A stretch of DNA of 64,000 nt from Chrysomallon squamiferum (Eukaryota; Animalia; Mollusca): positions 12,648,001-12,712,000 of the forward strand of contig CM022666.1 in NCBI GenBank assembly GCA_012295275.1, given 5' to 3'. The position numbers were made by a program, and so were the translations under genes. The notes under the pieces are model-generated. The model was given only the letters and a program-made list of their open reading frames with translations, searched no databases and was not told the DNA's origin. This document shows, piece after piece, positions 54,131 through 64,000 of this stretch; position 1 is the first letter of the stretch, and each line of letters opens with the position of its first letter.

Positions 54131-56630
54131 ATTTTTAGTATATTAATCCTTTTCTTCAACATTTTTAATGAACACAGGAAATTCCTGACATTTGAGAATA
54201 TTAAGAAGAAAGAAATGGAAAAGTCAGAGAAACAGGAGAGAGGAGAAATTCTTGAAACTAAAGAGTTTGGATAACAACACTTTATTAGTTTGCTAATATC
54301 TTTCTGTCTTGGCATTTATTTTTGAAGAAGGTATTTATTTCTAAATTAATAATAATAATAATAATGCATCATTTCCTGTAAAAAAATAATAAAAAAAAAA
54401 ATAAATTAATAATTAGCATTAGAAAATATTTATAATAATTTAAATATGTACTAAGCAATTGCATTAGTGCTTGTTAAAATGAGGGTGTCTCTGTTAATAT
54501 AACTTTTTATTTGAGAAAGTGAAAAACACTATTTCCATTGTCCTGTAAACATACTGGAATAGTGAATGAACTTTTATAAGGCAATTTGTGATATTAAAAT
54601 ACATTAATGATGTTCTTGAATTCCAAATAAAGATCAGACAAAAACATTTTAAACCTCTGTTGATTTTTGCTGAAACTGGAAGTAATCTCAGCTGACCATG
54701 ATTACAAACACTGAAACTTTATTTTAAACTTTCAGTGCACAGTTTCTGGCTGTCCGTACATTGCCACTCCCAAACTTGTACAACTTCATTATCAACAGGA
54801 AAATGTTTTAATTCTTTTTTTGTTTCTTGTTTGTGTATTCCTGTTTATAGTTCTTGTGATGATGCTGACTAGTTTACAGAACATACACTTTAGAGATACT
54901 AAAACACAACATTTTATTTGATTTTGGTGTTCCTCAGATTCATCTTTACAATACAATACATTTCTGTAGTAAATTTCAGTTTAGTAAATCTCAAGTCTGA
55001 CATTACATTAGGTAAAAATTATGAAAACAAAGAAAAAAATAAAAGAATCTGAGAAAACAAAAACAAATTGAAACTCTAATTGTAACTATATGTCATTACA
55101 CTCAAGTCATTTTTAAGTGCAAATCTCAAGCCAAATAATATAATTTTATTAACTGTGCTCATTATTCTTTAAAAAATATGATGAAAATCTGTTTTTACAG
55201 ATAACTTTAGCTACTTTTTTTTTCACAAGTTATGTATACTTGTTTTATGGTGTTTTCTCATAATTTTAAAGCATTGCATTTGGTTTCTATCAAATGTTGA
55301 GTTACATTATTGTTTTTGAAACCTGTTAGTGATGTCAAGTGGGATATGACTGTATCCAGAGATCATTTCCACTTCAGACTATTAAAGAGTGGCAATAACA
55401 TTCTCAGAGAAAAACATGATAATCTTGTTATTATGTAATAAAATACTCACCTGTAGATTGACCAGTTTTACTTTTCATTTACTAGTGCCATCCACTGTTG
55501 AATATATAGCTTAATCATCTTCACTTAAATTATTTGAACATTTTCATGTTTGTCTGTTTATCATGTTTCTACATAACATGTATGTTTGATAGAAAGGGAA
55601 AAGCTGTTTGTTACACTGCCCAGTGATAGTATACTTCATTATTAGCAAAGCTTGGATTTTAGAAGAAAAAAAACTGTATCGCAGAAATTTATTAATTGTT
55701 TCAAAATATAAAAAATATTTTTTTAATCTATTTACTTACATGTACACCAATATATAGTAAAGTGAATATACACTTTAAAAAATATTACTGTTAATTATTA
55801 AAGTATCATTTCCTTTTAATGGTTCAACAAATAAATAATTTGTTATTTGAAAAACATGTCTTTGTAAAAGACTTTCTAACAGTTTGTTGGATACAGAATT
55901 ATTGTTGTTGTTTATTTATTTATTTATTCATTTATTTATTCATTTATTTCAGCAACACTAATGTAGTTTCACTCAAAACAAATTTGGTCTTTGGAGTCAC
56001 AAGAGGATATTGATAAATGGATTTCAGAAATGAAAATGTGAGTTTTGTTATTGCTTATCTATCTGGAATATTTGCCTGTAACAGCATTCCCATACTCTTC
56101 AGTAATAATAATGATGATGATTTTAAACATAGTAGATAAAATTTATTAACAAGCCAGAATTTCAGTGAAACTGTGCTATTCCTTTCACTTAAATGATAAT
56201 GTTCACAAGAGAACTTTAACGAACACAGTGAATTACAACAAAATTTCCAGTATATTGCATATTTTCCTCTGGTCCAGGACTATGCATGAATTTCATCTGT
56301 CTCTGTGATAGTTCTAAATTTTACCATGTGATGGTGATACCCACATCAATAATAAAGACTTGAAACAACAAAGAATCCCTTTTCTCTCAGGTGAAAGAAA
56401 CAAAAAGGAGTTGACCATTAAAGGGCAATAACTAATTTCTTTTTCCTAACGCTAATGATAAATTATATATTTACTTTAGTAACCATCATTATTAAAATAT
56501 GTTTAGGTTTCCACGAAAAACCAATATTTTTTATTAATTATTCTGTACATTTATATAACATACACACGAATAAATAAACTGAAATACACTATAAGGGTTG
56601 ATTCTCTTATTTAGAAATCAATTTTCTTTC

Positions 56631-56697
<67 letters not shown>

Positions 56698-59177
56698 TTT
56701 TAGTATATTAATCCTTTTCTTCAACATTTTTAATGAACACAGGAAATTCCTGACATTTGAGAATATTAAGAAGAAAGAAATGGAAAAGTCAGAGAAACAG
56801 GAGAGAGGAGAAATTCTTGAAACTAAAGAGTTTGGATAACAACACTTTATTAGTTTGCTAATATCTTTCTGTCTTGGCATTTATTTTTGAAGAAGGTATT
56901 TATTTCTAAATTAATAATAATAATAATAATGCATCATTTCCTGTAAAAGTAATAAAGTAAAAATAAATTAATAATTAGCATTAGAAAATATTTATAATAA
57001 TTTAAATATGTACTAAGCAATTGCATTAGTGCTTGTTAAAATGAGGGTGTCTCTGTTAATATAACTTTTTATTTGAGAAAGTGAAAAACACTATTTCCAT
57101 TGTCCTGTAAACATACTGGAATAGTGAATGAACTTTTATAAGGCAATTTGTGATATTAAAATACATTAATGATGTTCTTGAATTCCAAATAAAGATCAGA
57201 CAAAAACATTTTAAACCTCTGTTGATTTTTGCTGAAACTGGAAGTAATCTCAGCTGACCATGATTACAAACACTGAAACTTTATTTTAAACTTTCAGTGC
57301 ACAGTTTCTGGCTGTCCGTACATTGCCACTCCCAAACTTGTACAACTTCATTATCAACAGGAAAATGTTTTAATTCTTTTGTTTCTTGTTTGTGTATTCC
57401 TGTTTATAGTTCTTGTGATGATGCTGACTAGTTTACAGAACATACACTTTAGAGATACTAAAACACAACATTTTATTTGATTTTGGTGTTCCTCAGATTC
57501 ATCTTTACAATACAATACATTTCTGTAGTAAATTTCAGTTTAGTAAATCTCAAGTCTGACATTACATTAGGTAAAAATTATGAAAACAAAAAAAAAATAA
57601 AAGAATCTGAGAAAACAAAAACAAATTGAAACTCTAATTGTAACTATATGTCATTACACTCAAGTCATTTTTAAGTGCAAATCTCAAGCCAAATAATATA
57701 ATTTTATTAACTGTGCTCATTATTCTTTAAAAAATATGATGAAAATCTGTTTTTACAGATAACTTTAGCTACACTTTTTCACAAGTTATGTATACTTGTT
57801 TTATGGTGTTTTCTCATAATTTTAAAGCATTGCATTTGGTTTCTATCAAATGTTGAGTTACATTATTGTTTTTGAAACCTGTTAGTGATGTCAAGTGGGA
57901 TATGACTGTATCCAGAGATCATTTCCACTTCAGACTATTAAAGAGTGGCAATAACATTCTCAGAGAAAAACATGATAATCTTGTTATTATGTAATAAAAT
58001 ACTCACCTGTAGATTGACCAGTTTTACTTTTCATTTACTAGTGCCATCCACTGTTGAATATATAGCTTAATCATCTTCACTTAAATTATTTGAACATTTT
58101 CATGTTTGTCTGTTTATCATGTTTCTACATAACATGTATGTTTGATAGAAAGGGAAAAGCTGTTTGTTACACTGCCCAGTGATAGTATACTTCATTATTA
58201 GCAAAGCTTGGATTTTAGAAGAAAAAAAACTGTATCGCAGAAATGTATTGTTTCAAAATATAAAAAATATTTTTTAATCTATTTACTTACATGTACACCA
58301 ATATATAGTAAAGTGAATATACACTTTAAAAAATATTACTGTTAATTATTAAAGTATCATTTCCTTTTAATGGTTCAACAAATAAATAATTTGTTATTTG
58401 AAAAACATGTCTTTGTAAAAGACTTTCTAACAGTTTGTTGGATACAGAATTATTGTTGTTGTTTATTTATTTATTCATTTATTTATTCATTTATTTCAGC
58501 AACACTAATGTAGTTTCACTCAAAACAAATTTGGTCTTTGGAGTCACAAGAGGATATTGATAAATGGATTTCAGAAATGAAAATGTGAGTTTTGTTATTG
58601 CTTATCTATCTGGAATATTTGCCTGTAACAGCATTCCCATACTCTTCAGTAATAATAATGATGATGATTTTAAACATAGTAGATAAAATTTATTAACAAG
58701 CCAGAATTTCAGTGAAACTGTGCTATTCCTTTCACTTAAATGATAATGTTCACAAGAGAACTTTAACGAACACAGTGAATTACAACAAAATTTCCAGTAT
58801 ATTGCATATTTTCCTCTGGTCCAGGACTATGCATGAATTTCATCTGTCTCTGTGATAGTTCTAAATTTTACCATGTGATGGTGATACCCACATCAATAAT
58901 AAAGACTTGAAACAACAAAGAATCCCTTTTCTCTCAGGTGAAAGAAACAAAAAGGAGTTGACCATTAAAGGGCAATAACTAATTTCTTTTTCCTAACGCT
59001 AATGATAAATTATATATTTACTTTAGTAACCATCATTATTAAAATATGTTTAGGTTTCCACGAAAAACCAATATTTTTTATTAATTATTCTGTACATTTA
59101 TATAACATACACACGAATAAATAAACTGAAATACACTATAAGGGTTGATTCTCTTATTTAGAAATCAATTTTCTTTC

Positions 59178-59239
<62 letters not shown>

Positions 59240-61725
59240 ATTTTTAGTATATTAATCCTTTTCTTCAACATTTTTAATGAACACAGGAAATTCCTGACAT
59301 TTGAGAATATTAAGAAGAAAGAAATGGAAAAGTCAGAGAAACAGGAGAGAGGAGAAATTCTTGAAACTAAAGAGTTTGGATAACAACACTTTATTAGTTT
59401 GCTAATATCTTTCTGTCTTGGCATTTATTTTTGAAGAAGGTATTTATTTCTAAATTAATAATAATAATAATAATGCATCATTTCCTGTAAAAGTAATAAA
59501 GTAAAAATAAATTAATAATTAGCATTAGAAAATATTTATAATAATTTAAATATGTACTAAGCAATTGCATTAGTCCTTGTTAAAATGAGGGTGTCTCTGT
59601 TAATATAACTTTTTATTTGAGAAAGTGAAAAACACTATTTCCATTGTCCTGTAAACATACTGGAATAGTGAATGAACTTTTATAAGGCAATTTGTGATAT
59701 TAAAATACATTAATGATGTTCTTGAATTCCAAATAAAGATCAGACAAAAACATTTTAAACCTCTGTTGATTTTTGCTGAAACTGGAAGTAATCTCAGCTG
59801 ACCATGATTACAAACACTGAAACTTTATTTTAAACTTTCAGTGCACAGTTTCTGGCTGTCCGTACATTGCCACTCCCAAACTTGTACAACTTCATTATCA
59901 ACAGGAAAATGTTTTAATTCTTTTGTTTCTTGTTTGTGTATTCCTGTATATAGTTCTTGTGATGATGCTGACTAGTTTACAGAACATACACTTTAGAGAT
60001 ACTAAAACACAACATTTTATTTGATTTTGGTGTTCCTCAGATTCATCTTTACAATACAATACATTTCTGTAGTAAATTTCAGTTTAGTAAATCTCAAGTC
60101 TGACATTACATTAGGTAAAAATTATGAAAACAAAGAAAAAAATAAAAGAATCTGAGAAAACAAAAACAAATTGAAACTCTAATTGTAACTATATGTCATT
60201 ACACTCAAGTCATTTTTAAGTGCAAATCTCAAGCCAAATAATATAATTTTATTAACTGTGCTCATTATTCTTTAAAAAATATGATGAAAATCTGTTTTTA
60301 CAGATAACTTTAGCTACACTTTTTCACAAGTTATGTATACTTGTTTTATGGTGTTTTCTCATAATTTTAAAGCATTGCATTTGGTTTCTATCAAATGTTG
60401 AGTTACATTATTGTTTTTGAAACCTGTTAGTGATGTCAAGTGGGATATGACTGTATCCAGAGATCATTTCCACTTCAGACTATTAAAGAGTGGCAATAAC
60501 ATTCTCAGAGAAAAACATGATAATCTTGTTATTATGTAATAAAATACTCACCTGTAGATTGACCAGTTTTACTTTTCATTTACTAGTGCCATCCACTGTT
60601 GAATATATAGCTTAATCATCTTCACTTAAATTATTTGAACATTTTCATGTTTGTCTGTTTATCATGTTTCTACATAACATGTATGTTTGATAGAAAGGGA
60701 AAAGCTGTTTGTTACACTGCCCAGTGATAGTATACTTCATTATTAGCAAAGCTTGGATTTTAGAAGAAAAAAACTGTATCGCAGAAATTTATTAATTGTT
60801 TCAAAATATAAAAAATATTTTTTTAATCTATTTACTTACATGTACACCAATATATAGTAAAGTGAATATACACTTTAAAAAATATTACTGTTAATTATTA
60901 AAGTATCATTTCCTTTTTAATGGTTCAACAAATAAATAATTTGTTATTTGAAAAACATGTCTTTGTAAAAGACTTTCTAACAGTTTGTTGGATACAGAAT
61001 TATTGTTGTTGTTTATTTATTTATTCATTTATTTATTCATTTATTTCAGCAACACTAATGTAGTTTCACTCAAAACAAATTTGGTCTTTGGAGTCACAAG
61101 AGGATATTGATAAATGGATTTCAGAAATGAAAATGTGAGTTTTGTTATTGCTTATCTATCTGGAATATTTGCCTGTAACAGCATTCCCATACTCTTCAGT
61201 AATAATAATGATGATGATTTTAAACATAGTAGATAAAATTTATTAACAAGCCAGAATTTCAGTGAAACTGTGCTATTCCTTTCACTTAAATGATAATGTT
61301 CACAAGAGAACTTTAACGAACACAGTGAATTACAACAAAATTTCCAGTATATTGCATATTTTCCTCTGGTCCAGGACTATGCATGAATTTCATCTGTCTC
61401 TGTGATAGTTCTAAATTTTACCATGTGATGGTGATACCCACATCAATAATAAAGACTTGAAACAACAAAGAATCCCTTTTCTGTCAGGTGAAAGAAACAA
61501 AAAGGAGTTGACCATTAAAGGGCAATAACTAATTTCTTTTTCCTAACGCTAATGATAAATTATATATTTACTTTAGTAACCATCATTATTAAAATATGTT
61601 TAGGTTTCCACGAAAAACCAATATTTTTTATTAATTATTCTGTACATTTTATATAACATACACACGAATAAATAAACTGAAATACACTATAAGGGTTGAT
61701 TCTCTTATTTAGAAATCAATTTTTT

Positions 61726-61785
<60 letters not shown>

Positions 61786-64000
61786 TTTTTAGTATATTAA
61801 TCCTTTTCTTCAACATTTTTAATGAACACAGGAAATTCCTGACATTTGAGAATATTAAGAAGAAAGAAATGGAAAAGTCAGAGAAACAGGAGAGAGGAGA
61901 AATTCTTGAAACTAAAGAGTTTGGATAACAACACTTTATTAGTTTGCTAATATCTTTCTGTCTTGGCATTTATTTTTGAAGAAGGTATTTATTTCTAAAA
62001 TTAATAATAATAATAATAATGCATCATTTCCTGTAAAAGTAATAAAGTATAAAAATAAATTAATAATTAGCATTAGAAAATATTTATAATAATTTAAATA
62101 TGTACTAAGCAATTGCATTAGTCCTTGTTAAAATGAGGGTGTCTCTGTTAATATAACTTTTTATTTGAGAAAGTGAAAAACACTATTTCCATTGTCCTGT
62201 AAACATACTGGAATAGTGAATGAACTTTTATAAGGCAATTTGTGATATTAAAATACATTAATGATGTTTTTGAATTGCCAAATAAAGATCAGACAAAGAC
62301 ATTAAAAAAATCTGTTGATTTTTGCTGAAACTGGAAGTAATCTCAGCTGACCATGATTACAAACACTGAAACTTTATTTTAAACTTTCAGTGCACAGTTT
62401 CTGGCTGTCCGTACATTGCCACTCCCAAACTTGTACAACTTCATTATCAACAGGAACATTTTTAAATTCTTTTGTTTTTTCTTTGTGTATTCCTGTATAT
62501 AGTTCTTGTGATGATGCTGACTAGTTTACAGAACATACACTTTAGAGATACTAAAACACAACATTTTATTTCATTTTGGTGTTCCTCAGATTCATCTTTA
62601 CAATACAATACATTTCTGTAGTAAATTTCAGTTCAGTAAATATCAAGTCTGACATCACATTAGGTAAAAATTATGAAAAATAAAGAAAAAAAAAATAGAA
62701 TCTGAGAAAACAAAAACAAATTGAAACTCTAATTGTAACTATATGTGATTACACTCAAGTCATTTTTAAGTGCAAATCTCAAGGTAAATAATATAATTTT
62801 ATTAACTGTGCTCATTATTCTTTAAAAAATATGATGAAAATCTGTTTTTACAGATAACTTTAGCTACATTTTTTTTCACAAGTTATGTATACTTGTTTTA
62901 TGGTGTTTTCTCATAATTTTAAAGCATTGCATTTGGTTTCTATCAAAAGCTGAGTTACATCATTGTTTTTGAAACCAGTTAATGATGTCAAGTGGGATAT
63001 GACTGTATTCAGAGATCATTTCCACTTCAGACTATTAAAGAGTGGCAATAGCATTCTCACAGAAAAACATGATAATCTTGTTATTATGTAATAAAATATT
63101 CACCTGTAGATTGACCACTTTTACTTTTCATTTACTAGTGCCATCCACTGTTGAATATATAGCTTAATCATCTTTAGCTAAATTATTTGAACATTTTCAT
63201 GTTTGTCTGTTTATCATGTTTCTACATAACCTGTATGTTTGGTAGAAAGGGAAAAGCTGTTTGTTACACTGCCCAGTGATAGTATGCTTCATTATTAGCA
63301 AAGCTTGGATTTTAGAGAAAAAAAAAAACTGTATAGCAGAAATTCATTAATTGTTTCAAAATATAAAAAATATTTTTTAATCTATTTACTTACATATACA
63401 CCAATAAAATCATGCTTTTGTATAGTAAATATACACTTTTAAAATAGTACTGTTAAAAATTAAAGTATCATTTCCTTTCAATAGTTCAACAAATAAATAA
63501 TTTGTTATTTGAAAAACATGTCTTTGTAAAAGACTTTCTAACAGTTTGCTGGATACAGAATTATTGTTGTTGTTTATTTATTTATTCATTTATTCATTTA
63601 TTTATTTCAGCAACACTAATGTAGTTTCACTAAAAACAAATTTGGTCTTTGGAGTCACAAGAGGATATTGATAAATGGATTTCAGAAATGAAAATGTGAG
63701 TTTTGTTATTGCTTATCTATCTGGAATATTTGCCTGTAACAGCATTCCCATACTTTTCAGTAATAATAATGATGATGATTTTTAACATAGTAGATAAAAT
63801 TTATTAACAAGCCAGAATTTCAGTGAAACTGTGCTATTCCTTTCACTTAAATGATAATGCTCATAAGAGAACTGTAACGAACACAGTGAATTACAACAAA
63901 ATATGCAGTATATTGCATATTTTCCACTGGTCCAGGACTATGCATGAATTTCATGTCTGTCTGATAGTTCTAAATTTTACCATGTGATGGTGATACCCAC
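44513..64000 (+). repeat. ~2.55-kb tandem macrosatellite (NUFIP1 exons + TNF intron fragment), 7 full units + 1 partial
   Basis: Anchor ctttcag|tgcacagtttctggctgtccg at 44531, 47089, 49626, 52183, 54736, 57298, 59842 and 62391 (periods 2537-2562). Confidence 0.97.

Noticed and set aside
44513-64000. Array as a functional multi-repeat NUFIP1-like protein gene
   Set aside because: The units carry the TAA and frameshift in the middle exon and have mutated splice donors.

Overview
AT-rich, microsatellite-dense eukaryotic DNA with spliceosomal introns. It is probably an invertebrate such as a mollusc (inference from repeat content and gene style). The window is built from a ~18.5-kb block present twice in direct orientation (~221-18745 and from ~27978). 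Each copy has: (i) a spliced TNF-superfamily ligand gene (type II TM, RSKR furin site, TNF homology domain) with two homologous alternative N-terminal TM modules; (ii) an orphan 227-aa single-pass membrane protein ORF; (iii) a broken NUFIP1 gene fragment fused to a piece of the TNF gene's own intron. In the second copy the NUFIP1-exon/TNF-intron chimera is amplified into a ~2.55-kb macrosatellite (7 full units plus a partial one, 44513 to the window end). Between the copies lie an intron-containing CAMSAP/Patronin pseudogene fragment, a tRNA-derived SINE, and THAP/SWIM-type transposon remnants. All family assignments come from manual translation and recalled motif similarity, not database searches. 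Copy 2 could alternatively be an unpurged allelic haplotype.
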